A DNA stretch of 63,376 bases, filler included, from Octopus bimaculoides (Eukaryota), in NCBI RefSeq assembly GCF_001194135.2. It is 5 parts of 5 records of this genome, joined end to end, with 100 filler letters (N's around TTAATTAATTAA, not from the genome) between each part and the next. Parts side by side here need not be neighbours in the genome. Positions count along the whole stretch, not along the records: positions 17,752 to 36,023 come from NC_068981.1; positions 36,124 to 58,790 come from NC_069004.1; 3 more parts are not named here. One strand, written 5' to 3'. Made by a program: the position numbers and the translations under genes. A model generated the notes under the pieces. That model made no database searches, was not told where the DNA came from, and saw only the letters and a program-made list of their open reading frames with translations. Positions 27,875 to 41,885 of the stretch are shown in pieces. How positions within the stretch are numbered: the first letter of the stretch is position 1; each line of letters opens with the position of its first letter.

Positions 27875-28487
27875 AGACAGGTATAAAAGATAAAAGAAAA
27901 ATTTCAGATTAGGCAAACGACTTTCAACACATAAGTGTGCGGATTTGATCAAGATAAAATTCGTCTAAAATTAAAACATAAATTAATATATCGAAAATAG
28001 AAAAATATAGTAATATTAGAAATGTATATAGATATATAAATATATAGATATGAGTGTAGAAACATAGTGATAATATAGTAAAAGATAAGAATATAGATAG
28101 ATAATTAATACATTAAATTAATAATAGTGTACACACGTATATAATTATGTACATATGTATATAATTGTAATCAATTCACAATTAACGTGAGGTCTTTTTA
28201 ATTTTCTCTCAGTAGCACGTTTTCAGTCACGTGTATATTTAGCTGGAGATTTTGGTAGTTTTTTTAAGGTATCTGCACTTCAGTAATAATGGAGACAGGT
28301 CGTTTTCGTCCTAGCTTCCTTGATATAATTATATGTCTATATATATTCATATTATCCCTATATTTTTCTATGTTCGATATATTATGCTTTAATTTTGAAC
28401 GAATTTTATCTTGATCAAATCTGCACACATATTTTGAAAGAAGTTTGCCTAATCTAAATTTTTTACTTTTATTTTTTATACCTGTCT
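27875..28487. mobile_element. Foldback/MITE with long (>=135 bp) inverted arms
   Basis: agacaggtataaaagataaaag..attaggcaaac..gtgtgcggatttgatcaagataaaattcgt..tatcgaaaatagaaaaatatag (27875-~28012) is the imperfect reverse complement of ~28357-28487. Weaker similarity extends ~40 bp further inward. Confidence 0.85.
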
Positions 28488-28885
28488 AACGTCTCAGGTT
28501 CGACTTGAGCACTTCTAAGCAATCTATATGTTTCATAAGAAAAATATAAGTATATATATATATATATATATATATNNNNNNNNNNNNNNNNNNNNNNNNN
28601 NNNNNNNNNNNNNNNNNNNNNNNNNNNNNNNNNNNNNNNNNNNNNNNNNNNNNNNNNNNNNNNNNNNNNNNNNNNNNNNNNNNNNNNNNNNNNNNNNNNN
28701 NNNNNNNNNNNNNNNNNNNNNNNNNNNNNNNNNNNNNNNNNNNNNNNNNNNNNNNNNNNNNNNNNNNNNNNNNNNNNNNNNNNNNNNNNNNNNNNNNNNN
28801 NNNNNNNNNNNNNNNNNNNNNNNNNNNNNNNNNNNNNNNNNNNNNNNNNNNNNNNNNNNNNNNNNNNNNNNNNNNNNNNNNNNNN

Positions 28886-29124
28886 GTTACATTTGACTGC
28901 GGCCATGCCGGAGTACCACTTTAAAGGGCTTTTAATCGAAAAAATCTACCCAGGACTTATCTTTCTAAGCCTAGTACTTATTCTCTTAGTTTATTTTCCC
29001 GAACCGCTAAGTAACAGAAGCGTAAACACACCAACATCGGTTGTCAAGCGATGGTGGGGGACAAACAGACACAAAGACACACACACATAAATACACACAC
29101 ACACACACACATACACACACACAT

Positions 29125-29169
<45 letters not shown>

Positions 29170-29265
29170 CGACGGGCTTCTTTCAATTTCCGTCTACTAA
29201 ACCCAGTCACACGTCATTAGTCGGCCCGAGGCTATAGTAGACGACACCCGCCCAAGGTGCAACAA
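28886..29265 (-). mobile_element. SINE family B
   Basis: Reverse complement of family B tail, body, microsatellite spacer and head. Confidence 0.88.
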
Positions 29266-30768
29266 AGTGGGAATACATCATAAATACACGTGTATGTGTG
29301 TATGTGTGTGTGCGCGCGCACACACATACATATATAATCAACCTTCATGGTTATTGGTTCTTGAGATAATCTTCCTCTCCCATTTAGAGCTGTTCTCAAT
29401 TGCCATTTGATAATTGCAAGACACTTCCAGAGGCGGAGATAATTTTAATACGTCAAGAATTTGTGTTGTTATATATGACACTAACTCCTCTGAGTTATTT
29501 CTCTTAGCGCCTTTTTACTTAATTCACACACACACATACACACACACACACATAATTGCATTCATGCATGCATGCATGCATGTATGTATTTATCATTAAA
29601 TACACACAATATTTAGATATGAACTACCAATAACTTCATGCTGAGGAAGCACAATAATTTGGATGATTTATATAACGTGCCTTGTGTTTTCAAGCAGCCC
29701 TTCAATCTCAATACATATGGCTGGTCTTACTTGAATAACTGAATGCTGGTCTACGAGAAGAGGATTAAGTAGGTCATATTGAAATATAGTGTATATTAAA
29801 TGATATTTATCTCTCACTGGATGGAGTACTCTTTTTGCTGATACTACTCATAAAGGAACTGTGAACTTTATATACATGCACAAACACACACACACACACA
29901 TACACACACACACACNNNNNNNNNNNNNNNNNNNNNNNNNNNNNNNNNNNNNNNNNNNNNNNNNNNNNNNNNNNNNNNNNNNNNNNNNNNNNNNNNNNNN
30001 NNNNNNNNNNNNNNNNNNNNNNNNNNNNNNNNNNNNNNNNNNNNNNNNNNNNNNNNNNNNNNNNNNNNNNNNNNNNNNNNNNNNNNNNNNNNNNNNNNNN
30101 NNNNNNNNNNNNNNNNNNNNNNNNNNNNNNNNNNNNNNNNNNNNNNNNNNNNNNNNNNNNNNNNNNNNNNNNNNNNNNNNNNNNNNNNNNNNNNNNNNNN
30201 NNNNNNNNNNNNNNNNNNNNNNNNNNNNNNNNNNNNNNNNNNNNNNNNNNNNNNNNNNNNNNNNNNNNNNNNNNNNNNNNNNNNNNNNNNNNNNNNNNNN
30301 NNNNNNNNNNNNNNNNNNNNNNNNNNNNNNNNNNNNNNNNNNNNNNNNNNNNNNNNNNNNNNNNNNNNNNNNNNNNNNNNNNNNNNNNNNNNNNNNNNNN
30401 NNNNNNNNNNNNNNNNNNNNNNNNNNNNNNNNNNNNNNNNNNNNNNNNNNNNNNNNNNNNNNNNNNNNNNNNNNNNNNNNNNNNNNNNNNNNNNNNNNNN
30501 NNNNNNNNNNNNNNNNNNNNNNNNNNNNNNNNNNNNNNNNNNNNNNNNNNNNNNNNNNNNNNNNNNNNNNNNNNNNNNNNNNNNNNNNNNNNNNNNNNNN
30601 NNNNNNNNNNNNNNNNNNNNNNNNNNNNNNNNNNNNNNNNNNNNNNNNNNNNNNNNNNNNNNNNNNNNNNNNNNNNNNNNNNNNNNNNNNNNNNNNNNNN
30701 NNNNNNNNNNNNNNNNNNNNNNNNNNNNNNNNNNNNNNNNTATATATATATATATATATTTATATATA

Positions 30769-31694
30769 TTGGGTCATCCTATAAATAATGCGGTTGTTTC
30801 AATTACATGAACTAAAAATCGGAGGGGGACGGAAAAAACTACGTGCATCAACTTGCTATAAAAGCAGGTAGTAATTTTACCTTGCACTTATTCTTAGCGT
30901 AAGTGTTGAAGAATGCAGTTCGATTTTAACAATTACGTTTTCAAAGCTATAATGGAAGTGACAAAGGAATATATTCGGTATATTTTGCTTTATGGGTTCA
31001 ATAAAGGCAATCATGCAATGGAAAGTGCGAGGAATCTTAATACAGTATATGGAGATTGGACAGTAAGCCTAAGCCTAAGCCAGTGTCAACGGTGGTTTCA
31101 GAAATTCCGAGCTGGAAACTACAGTCTAGAAGACAAGCCGCGTCTTGAAAAATCTGTAGAGCTCGATGAAGACGTCCTTCAAACTCTGATGGAACGAAAT
31201 TCATCGTAAACCCTGAAGAATTTGCAGACAAGCTTGGATTTGGTCATTCAACCATTCATCGATACCTGCGCTAGAAGAGAAACGACCATCTTTGGTTTCA
31301 AAACGAAATGTGTCCTTCCATCAGGATAATGCTCGGCCACATTTAGTGAGGATGACATTCCAAAGGCTGGAGCAGTTTGAAGGGGAAACAATACCCCACC
31401 CACCATATTCGCCGGACATTTCCCCATGTGATTTTCATTTAGTCTGCAGTCTTCAAAATCATTTGGACTGAAAAAATATGAATTCTGTAGACGGGGTTAG
31501 AACAGTAATGGAGGAGACTTTTTCGTTACGTACAAGTGAATTTTAGGAGAGGGGCTTAGTAAGCATACCAGATAGATGGAAGAGCATTGTAGAAAATGAA
31601 GGAGAGTATATTTTGAATTAAAAAAGAACTTTGTTTATCTTAATTTTGAAAAATAAAAGTATAGAAGAACCGCATAATTTATGAGATGACCCAA
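30769..31694 (+). mobile_element. Internally deleted mariner (Tc1/mariner) transposon with both TIRs
   Basis: 27-bp TIRs ttgggtcatcctataaataatgcggtt (30769-30795) and aaccgcataatttatgagatgacccaa (31668-31694), with TA TSDs. HTH region IRYILLYGFNKG..SARNLNTVYGD..CQRWFQKFRAGNYSLEDKPR, plus HPPYSPDISPCDFHL near 31400. Stops and frameshifts present. Confidence 0.93.
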
Positions 31695-31736
31695 TATTAT
31701 ATATATCTATACATACATACATACATACATACACAG

Positions 31737-31827
<91 letters not shown>

Positions 31828-31888
31828 ACACATACATGCATACATACATACATGCATGCATGTATACATACATACATACATACATACA

Positions 31889-31919
<31 letters not shown>

Positions 31920-32939
31920 TTTATGACTTACATTCCCATCAGTTAAAACACACTTTGGTTGGCTGAACATGCTTGTGAGATCAGGTATAGAATCTAGTTA
32001 CTTCCGTACTTCGGTGTCATGTGACCGTATGAACGAAAATTTTGCCGACAGATAAGGATGTGTGAGAGCAGTCAATATCTCGTGTGACACCATCAACAAC
32101 AGCGTGCGATATCTAAGTATTAAAGTCATGAGACAGTGTTGATGATGATTGCGTCAAATGCTGAATTTGTGTTAATCCAGAAAATGTGTTACGTGACATT
32201 ATGAACAACAAATTATCAGAATAACTAAAAATAGAAGCAAGCAACATATCTGTATACATATGGCAGTAAGTTATATATCTGTATTTAGATGTGTACATGG
32301 TAGTCTATGTGTTTGAGTCTGAGAGTGTGAACAATAATAGCGTAACGCTTTCGCTATTTAATGTCATGGCTGTTATTGAATGTATCTTTGCGACACAATT
32401 TTATACCTCATTCAGTGCTGATTTGTAGTTTTATTATAAACATTTGTTTAATTGTGTTGGATCTATAGTCTTGTCATAACATAAGTGGGAAACTTGAAAT
32501 TCTAGGTTTGTATTTTTGCAGCTATGTCTAAATGTATACCGAGAAGAATCTATCAAGTACTGGAATATTATTCTTGTTGATAATGAATACTCACTCTGCT
32601 TGTCAAGGTAAGTTTCACTTGACACAAGCAATCATCACTGCATTTATTTATTACATTTGATGGCATAAATCAAATGTTTTGACGAACAAGTGAAATGATT
32701 GTTTTACAGTGTAAATATGTTCTAATTTAAATTTTTACGAAGTTCGTTCAGTATGGCTGATGCAAGTTCTACAGTCAAGGCTACCACGTATTGTGGCTAT
32801 TGATCTTTTAATCTTCTGATCTTAGTGGATAATTTACCATTTCATTATTTCATGTATTTTGAGTTTTTGCCTCAAAAATGTTGTTTTTATGAATACTGTT
32901 GTATGCTGTTGTATACAAACAGACAGAAAGGCAGATAGG

Positions 32940-33019
<80 letters not shown>

Positions 33020-33021
33020 CA

Positions 33022-33252
33022 GGCGGCAATCTGGCAGAAACGTTAGCACGCCGGGCAAAATGCTTAGCGGTATTTCGTCTGCCGCTACGTTCTGAGTTCA
33101 AATTCCGCCGAGGTCGACTTTGCCTTTCATCCTTTCGGCGTCGATAAATTAAGTACCAGTTACGCACTGGGGTCGCTGTAATCGACTTAATCTCTTTGTC
33201 TGTCCTTATTTGTCCCCTCTATGTTTAGCCTTTGTGGGCAATTAAGAAATAA
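33022..33252 (+). mobile_element. Full-length family-A SINE (tail type 1) within a (GATA)n/(GACA)n tract
   Basis: Near-identical to 8262-8492, flanked by gata/gaca repeats on both sides. Confidence 0.92.
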
Positions 33253-33327
33253 GATAGATAGACAGATAGATAGACAGACAGATAGACAGATAGATAGACA
33301 GACAGATAGACAGATAGATAGACAGAC

Positions 33328-33366
<39 letters not shown>

Positions 33367-33467
33367 AGGGTATTTCTCATTAATGTATATCATATATATG
33401 TATATATATGTGTGTGTGTGCGTGTAGATATACATATAAATATATATGTATATATACGCATGTAGTT

Positions 33468-33498
<31 letters not shown>

Positions 33499-34480
33499 CA
33501 TACATAAAGTCTTCAAACGGTTGCAACAAAAACATGTTTCACCACGCCGTACCAGGAATCACTATTCTTCATTAACTTTGTGTGGTATACCGATATATTT
33601 TGTGCCCCTGCCAATTACATCAATATAGTTAAATCGCTTCCTCCTCTATTAAGATAAGCAAATCTCCAATGTTTTGCATCTGAGACAGCCAGTAGTCAAG
33701 CACAGCTTACCCATGTTTAGCATATCTATAAAGTAGCAGGAGTGCCGTCTTGTGACATACGAAGTGTCTTGGGTATTTCAAACCTGGTGGAAATCTGACT
33801 TTTGCCAGAGAACGGGAAAGAAGAAGGATAGCTTTCAGTATTGGACTGGTGTTGTATTTATCATCCCTGAAATGTTTTAATGCAAACTTAACCTGTTACT
33901 TAATCTTATTGTACAGCGTGTCAGCTTGAACGAACACTGCAAGTTACTCCCTCCCTCCTTCACTTTAACGACTCTGCTTAATCACCACCGGTATAGTGTA
34001 TCTAGGGCTACATTATTTAGTGCATTTTTTATTATTTTCTTTTTGTGTGACAGTAAAGTAATATTTGATGAATATTTGGTTATTGCTTCTAGCAGGTTAA
34101 AACACCTCGTTAGTATGCACGCCTTGTTTTTGAAATAGTCCTATGCTGTTGTAATCTTTATTCTGTAATGTCGAAAGCTGAATACAGTGAAAGGTTAAAT
34201 GTGATGCCTATGTCCTCCCCTAACGTATGGTATTTACGGGAAATTGTTACTCCTAGGCAAAATGTCCTCAAAATAACAACGGGAAGATCAACAAGAGTCT
34301 CTTGTCATAGTTCAAAGAAATTTGTGTGAAGATTCCAGCTTTTGCTACTGTTTATGATTGTTAAAAATTACTGGCTTTTCAAAACAAAAACACGCTCATA
34401 AACAGACTGGAGAATAGTATAGAGTAACCCCACCCCAGGAAAAAAAATTACACCAATTACAATATGTGTGTGTGTGTGCG

Positions 34481-34518
<38 letters not shown>

Positions 34519-36123
34519 NNNNNNNNNNNNNNNNNNNNNNNNNNNNNNNNNNNNNNNNNNNNNNNNNNNNNNNNNNNNNNNNNNNNNNNNNNNNNNNNNN
34601 NNNNNNNNNNNNNNNNNNNNNNNNNNNNNNNNNNNNNNNNNNNNNNNNNNNNNNNNNNNNNNNNNNNNNNNNNNNNNNNNNNNNNTATATATATATATAT
34701 ATATTTGTGCATGTTTGCGTGTGTATATAAGGTGCCGAAAGAAAGGTAATTATCCAATCGGAACAATTTACTGAAATCACACAGTAAATAGCTTCAAGAG
34801 AAAATAGGTCGAAGCGTCACCTAATTGTTTTCAATGTGTGGAAGTAGAGAAGAAATTCACTTAGTAATAACGTGATTTTGAGTTCGATACCAGAGCGTAG
34901 CATCTTGAGCAAGTGTGTTTTCTAATATAGATCTAGGTCGAGTAATTTCTTGGGAGTGAAATTTAGTTGACAGAAACATGCTCTGCAAAGTATAAATCAA
35001 TGAGAAAAAGCGTCGAAATGAAATATATTGAATATTTCGTGTCGATGACATTTGCCACACAATTTTTTCTTTTTTTTTTTATGAATATCACACAACTAAA
35101 TTTGTGATGACTGTAGTTGATTCACTCGACCCAACCTTATTACTAATGGCGACGACGACAATGATGATGATAATGAGGAAAATGATGATGATGATAATGA
35201 TGACGATGTTCACTACGACGGTAACAACGACGATGATGATAATGACAAGGACGACCTCGATGATGATGATCGTTATCATCATCACATTCACTTCGACGAT
35301 ATATCTTTATACTGTTATTCGTTGTTATGCTGTAACAAGTGATAACAAATAAAAACTCAAAAACAAAACGTTTTTATCCAAATAAAATAATTATTAATTA
35401 ACTTAAAACATCGATGTTTGCTATATTCAAATCAAATTTTTAAAAACTGTATCCCCATCTGCCGCCAGGCTCGCAATGATTTGGGTACTAACTGACCACT
35501 TTGAAACATAAATTAGCTGCCAGGTTAGTAAATTCATCGTAGTTAAACTATTCAGAGTACATAATTGGTATGTATAACTGCAGTTAAAAATTGCTGAAAA
35601 ATTTCAAGTGGACACAAAAATATATTGTTCCAAGATTTTCATAACATCTATTTATATGTGTTGTATTTATAGAGCGGATATCAACGAACAGAGAACGAAA
35701 GACTGGTAAACAAAGAAAAGCGTGGGGTGAGGTTAGGGGCGTGTGCGCACGTATACCCGCGCATGTTCGCATTTGTTAGATTAATCAAGTAACAAATATC
35801 CCAGACGCGCACACATACACACATATAAGGGTAGGTAAAGAGGACTTAGTGAAAATCTGTGAAAGTTTAATGAACATAACTGAAATTTACTATGGCCAAA
35901 ATTAAAGTGACTTTAAAGAAAGATATGGTTTACTTTTATCAATAGGGATTTTTATTCAATCATAACTAGCATTCATGGTGAATGGCGCGCCGAATAGCAT
36001 TGATATTTTTAGAACTTGTTCAANNNNNNNNNNNNNNNNNNNNNNNNNNNNNNNNNNNNNNNNNNNNTTAATTAATTAANNNNNNNNNNNNNNNNNNNNN
36101 NNNNNNNNNNNNNNNNNNNNNNN

Positions 36124-36400
36124 GGCAGAGGATGTGGCGAAACCTGCTGTACTCTTTCACCACAACTTTCTCTCACTCTTTCTTCCTGTTTCTGTTGTGC
36201 CTGTAATTCAAAGGGTCAGCCTTGTCACACTGTGTCACGCTGAATATCTCCGAGAACTATGTTAAGGGTACACGTGTCTGTGGAGTGCTCAGCCACTTGC
36301 ACATTAATTTCACGAGCGGGCTGTTCCGTTGATCGGATCAACTGGAATCCTCGACGTCGTAAGCGACGGAGTGCCAACAACAACAACAGAAGAAAACATT
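36124..36400 (+). mobile_element. SINE family C, 5' part lost in gap
   Basis: Matches 36960-37215 and ends in a (CAA)n tail. Confidence 0.88.
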
Positions 36401-36832
36401 AAAGTCCCAGGTAGGGAATGTATTGTAATTGACAGGAAAAATTATAAAAAATTAAAAGTCAATTTTAGAGATGAAATAAACCCATTAGTGTTAAAAATAA
36501 GATATTATGAGCATTTGCCACCTGTGGTGGAGTTCGAAACTCTGAAACCGCTTTATAATTAATAGATAATAATTCAGATAAACGTTGGATGAAAATAGTG
36601 TTAAAATAGAATTAAAATGGTAATACTCGGAAGAGGGGTCGAGTAGTAACCATGGCATCTTCATTCTTATAGAATTTCATATCGTTCATCCGTTTGTGTA
36701 TTTGTCCGCACTTGTGTTGTCTTGTCTGGCCTTGTTCGACCCCCCCCCCCTCTATGTATGCCTTTTATAGGCAAATAAAGAGAAGACAATATGCTTTTGG
36801 GGTATTTCTTCTATCTTTATGTTCTGGGTAGT

Positions 36833-37215
36833 GGAGGCGCAATGGCCTAGTGGTTAGGGCATCGGACTCGCGGTCGTAGGATCGTGGTTTCGATTCCCAG
36901 ACCGGGCGTTGTGAGTGTTTATTGAGCGAAAAACACCTAAAGCTCCACGAGGCTCCGGCAGGGGATGGTGGCGAACCCTGCTGTACTCTTTCACCACAAC
37001 TTTCTCTCACTCTTTCTTCCTGTTTCTGTTGTAACCTGTATTTCAAAGGGGCCAGCTTTGTCACATTCTGTGTCACACTGAATCTCCTTGAGAACTACGT
37101 TAATGGTACCACGTGTCTGTGGAATGCTCAACCTCTTGCACGTTAATTTCACGAGCGGGCTGTTCCGTTGATCGGATCAACTGGAACCCTCGTCGTCGCA
37201 ACCGACGAAGTGCCA
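36833..37215 (+). mobile_element. Full-length tRNA(Arg)-like SINE family C
   Basis: Head ggaggcgcaatggcctagtggttagggcatcggactcgcgg..ggtttcgattccc (A/B boxes, TCG at anticodon position), central core, and 3' end gatcggatcaactggaaccctcgtcgtc. Confidence 0.9.
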
Positions 37216-37219
37216 CGAA

Positions 37220-37810
37220 AGATGTTCTGAGTTCAAATTGCGCCGAGGTCGGCTTTGTCTTTTATCCTTTCGGTTTTTTTTTAATAAGTACCAGTTACGT
37301 ACTGGGGTCGATGTAATCAACTTACATCACCTCTGGAATTGCTAACTTTGTGCTAACATTTGGAATCATTAAAGGCGGTGACCTAGCAGAATCGTTAGCG
37401 AGCCGGGCGAAATGCTTAGCGGCATCTCGTCTGTCCTTACATTCTCGGTTCAAATTTCGCAGAGGTCGACTTTGCCTTTCATCTTTTCGAGGTCGATAAA
37501 TTAAGTACCAGTTGAATACTGGGGTCGATGTAATTGACTTATCTCCTTCTCCGATCTTGTTGGGCTTGTGCAAAATTTGAAATCATTATTATTAACTTCA
37601 GGCTGAGAATCGTTATCACGCCGGACGAGAAATTCGTAGTGACATTTCGTCCGTCTTTACATTCTGAGTTCGAATTCCGCCGATGTCAACTTCCCCTTTC
37701 ATCCCTTCGGGGTCGATAAATTAAATACCAGTGAAACACTGGGGTCGATATCATTGACTATTCCCCTCCCCCAAAATGCCAAACCTTTTGCTTATAGTAG
37801 AAAGAATTAT
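37220..37810 (+). mobile_element. Three consecutive family-A SINE copies (tail type 2)
   Basis: Copies start near 37220 (5'-truncated), 37374 and 37600, each with gagttc.aatt.cgc, gtaccagtt and ggggtcgat. Confidence 0.85.
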
Positions 37811-38177
37811 TACCTCCGCCTTAGCGAAGGCGGAGGTATTGTTTTCAGTCGTGTTTGTTTGTTTGTCCATGGACAAGATATCTCAAGAACCGCTGGATGG
37901 ATTCCGATAAAACTTTCAGGGATGTTTGGCTTCGTGACTAGTACAAACTGATTAGATTTTGCGATCGATCCAGTACAAGGATTCTGAACATTATTTCTGT
38001 TTTGTTTTTTTTTTACTTAATTTTTGAGAGCGGTCTGGTTCATTTTTAGTATTCTCGTTTGAGAGAGCAGTCAAGTTTATTTCAGATATTCTCATTTTAA
38101 AATTCATCTCCGGTTAATAGTTGAGAGGACGTTGGTGTTGCCATGGCGGACGTTTGCGCTCTCTGAGTGCTCTTGTT
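37807..38177 (+). mobile_element. HINE / DINE-1-like non-autonomous Helentron
   Basis: 5' 12-bp stem tacctccgcctt-agcg-aaggcggaggta (37811-37838), then a (GTTT)n tract and core caagatatctcaagaa..ggatggatt..gataaaactt. 3' subTIR ggcggacgt (38145-38153), terminal hairpin gcgctc-tct-gagtgc, and T-rich ends. Confidence 0.85.
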
Positions 38178-38281
<104 letters not shown>

Positions 38282-38500
38282 GGCGGCGAGCTGGTAGAAT
38301 CGTTAGCACGCTGAGCAAAAGTGCTTAGAGGCATCGCGTCCGTCTTTACGTTCTGAGTTCAAATTCTATTGGGGTCCACTTTGTTTTTCATCCTTTTCGA
38401 ACTCGATAAAATAGGTACCAGTTGTCTACTGGTGTTCGATGTAATCCACTTACCGTTCCTTCCGAAATAGCTGGTCTTTCGCCACGAAAATTTGACATCA
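38282..38500 (+). mobile_element. Family-A SINE
   Basis: ggcggcgagctggtagaatcgttagcacg..ttctgagttcaaattc..ggtaccagttg. Confidence 0.88.
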
Positions 38501-39009
38501 TTTTTATAGCAGCCATTACATAAATATTATCGTAGTTCCAGATGTTCTTTACAGTTTGCTATAGTTGTGGGTGTTGTTGTTGTTGTTGTTGTAATGCTAT
38601 GAGCGTCCACAATAAATCTCTCCTTCGCCGTTTAGTGCACGTGAAGAGTGTTTCAGCCGAACGTCCGGTATTTAGACCGGAACTATTTCCTGTTGAATTA
38701 TGGGATTGTTTTCGACAAGCAAGCAAGCGGGAACTTACTGCGCAAGTCATATGAATAAAATGAAATACAATGCGATATATTGTGTGCACGTGTGCGTGTA
38801 TGTGTGTATACACCCGTATATATGTGTATGAATATTCATATGCCTACACACATTGTTTGTGTGTGTGTATGTATGTATATATATATATATATAGGCACAT
38901 AATATATATATATATATCAATGTGTATTATTTATATATGAGAAAAACACATATGCACGTATAAATAAGATATAAAATATAATGAATATAATACATATAAT
39001 TGTATTATA

Positions 39010-39051
<42 letters not shown>

Positions 39052-40105
39052 TAAAATGCATAAATATTTATGTATACACACTTGTATACATGCATATATA
39101 TATAAATATATATATTCCAATACGGACCAAATAATTCACGTCAGAATATGAATATATATATATAAATATATTAATATATATATACTATTTACACATACAC
39201 ACATATATCAAAGAAATTCTAGATATATGCATGTATGTAGGTATATGGAAAACAAAAATGTATAATGTATAACGAAATGTTATATACCAATTTACTAACA
39301 AAAGTAAATATATATACATATATACATACTAGTATATTTATATATGTATACACACACCCACACCCACCCACACATATATGTATATATATATATATATGTA
39401 CATATATATTATATATACGTATGTGTATATATATATATATATGTGTATGTATATATATGCATATATACACATCGAGAGACCTGTTATAAACACATTCTTC
39501 GTAAACTGTTTCGCATGATGAATCACATTGAAAATCTAGGTAAATGTGCTGTGAATTGAATCAGTCGAGTATAACACTAAAGCATACACACACACACACA
39601 ACTTCATACACGCACATTCATAAATCTTTGTACATACATTCATATGAGTAGCTATTTGCTCACACATATGTACATACATATTATGCGAAATGGACATTGA
39701 TGTACACACACACACTCACACACACGCGTACATAAGTGTATACACATCTCTATATGTCCACATGAAATTTTATATTCATTGACATATACGTATACACATA
39801 TAGAAATGAGCTCACATAGACATTAACGCATATACATACGCATATATACATAAGTACCGGCGTATATATATATATGCTTGTATATATATATAATTATGTG
39901 TGTGTATGTATATATATATATATATACATATGTACATTTTTTTATATATACACATGTATATATATAGAGATATATCTGTAAATAAACACATAAATACATA
40001 CGTGTGTGTATATATATATGTTTCTCTCTCTCTCTCTCTCCCTCTCTTACTCTCTCTCTCTCTCTCTCTTACTCTCTCTCTCACTCTCTCTATCTCTCTC
40101 TCTCT

Positions 40106-40142
<37 letters not shown>

Positions 40143-40525
40143 TCTCTCTCTCTCTCTCATAATCCACTCCGTCCCCTCTTTCGTATTCTATGTATTCATC
40201 CCTTTTCCATCCCCCTTTTTCATGTTCTGTCTCCCTCTCTGTTTCTCTCTCTCTCTCTCTCTCTCTGCCCCTCTTTCTTCCCCCCTCTCTCTATCCTCAT
40301 CTTCTCTCTCCCCACCCCCCCTCTCCTCCTTCAATTAGAGCATTGATATGAAACCAACTCCCAATACCCCGTCTCCGTCTCTTTCGCTTCTTTTGAGAAA
40401 TATATTTGGCTAAATAATTCTAAGAAGCCATTTGAAGTGGGCGCCAAAGACACACGCTGTCACATGTAGCACACGTATACACACACATTGATAACTAGTG
40501 TTCACTTTTATATTATACATATATA

Positions 40526-40579
<54 letters not shown>

Positions 40580-40626
40580 GAGTACATTAATAACTATAGT
40601 ACTCACTTTTAACAATGTGTGATGTA

Positions 40627-40659
<33 letters not shown>

Positions 40660-40734
40660 TTATATATATATATATATATATATATAAATATTTATAAATA
40701 TGTATATACACATGTATATATATATATAAATATG

Positions 40735-40765
<31 letters not shown>

Positions 40766-41508
40766 TATATATATATGTATGTATATATATACACTCTTAG
40801 ACGCTTACACACGCACGCATATGTTCATAAATATTATACAATTTCCTACGTGTGCGTGTATATATATGTATGCATGTGATGTGTATGTTTGCCCAAACCA
40901 ACTTGTACATATATGCACACACACACACGTGCACAAGAAATGCATACATTCGAAACATGTGTAGAATTCAATAAAATAATACATTTAGTTTACTCCCCAA
41001 CATATACCTACACCGCTCCCCCCACTCACCACATTACCCCTCCCTCTTCCCCACTCTATCATAATTTCAATAATACAAAATATCTTTTATTAATGTTATC
41101 CTAAACAATATATTACAGACGTTCTGGAATTCTGCCGTTTTCTTTTCCTGGTTCTCTGATTCCTAGATTTACTAAACTTTGGAGTTTTTAGGTTCCTGTT
41201 TTATTTTGTTTCCTTGTTTTTGTTCTGTATACTAATTGGAGTGAGTCCTCCTTGTTCTTGGAATTCGAGTACCGTTCTGGCTTTCGTAGCATTCTGCCAT
41301 ATTAACTTGTACATGATGGGAACAGAGAGATAAAATAATGTATGTGTATGTCTCTGTGTATGAATGTGTATGTATATATATGCATGTGTATGTATGTATA
41401 TGCATGTATGTGTATGTATATGCGTGCATTTATGTGCATATATGTGTGTATGTATGCGCGCGCATACACGCATATACATATCCTAAATTTGTAGAGGAAT
41501 TTGTTGGA

Positions 41509-41578
41509 GCAGTTTAGCTTAATGGTAAAGTACTTGATGCGTAATCACAGGGATGTGGGTTCGAGTCTCATGGATGGC
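41509..41578 (+). pseudogene. tRNA-like pseudogene or orphan SINE head (Thr-CGT-like)
   Basis: D-arm tagcttaatggtaaagt, CGT at the anticodon position, T-arm gtgggttcgagtctcat. Acceptor and anticodon stems are mismatched. Confidence 0.6.
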
Positions 41579-41673
41579 CATCGACAGATTTCCCTGCAAA
41601 GTATGAATAGTTAATCTTGTTCATGCTGTATTATTCGCATTATCCTGCGTTTGAGAATAAAATTCTTTCCATA

Positions 41674-41723
<50 letters not shown>

Positions 41724-41843
41724 GAGAGAGAGAGAGAGATAAATAGGTAGACATAGTTATATACATATATATATATATATATATACATGCACACACACAC
41801 ATGTATACATACACATATATGCATATATATATACATACATATG

Positions 41844-41885
<42 letters not shown>

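Noticed and set aside
33718-33790. Possible 73-nt minus-strand exon (ttccaccAG ... GTAAGC)
   Set aside because: The splice-like motifs could be chance. The peptide LKYPRHFVCHKTALLLLYRYAKH is unrecognised and has no partner exons.
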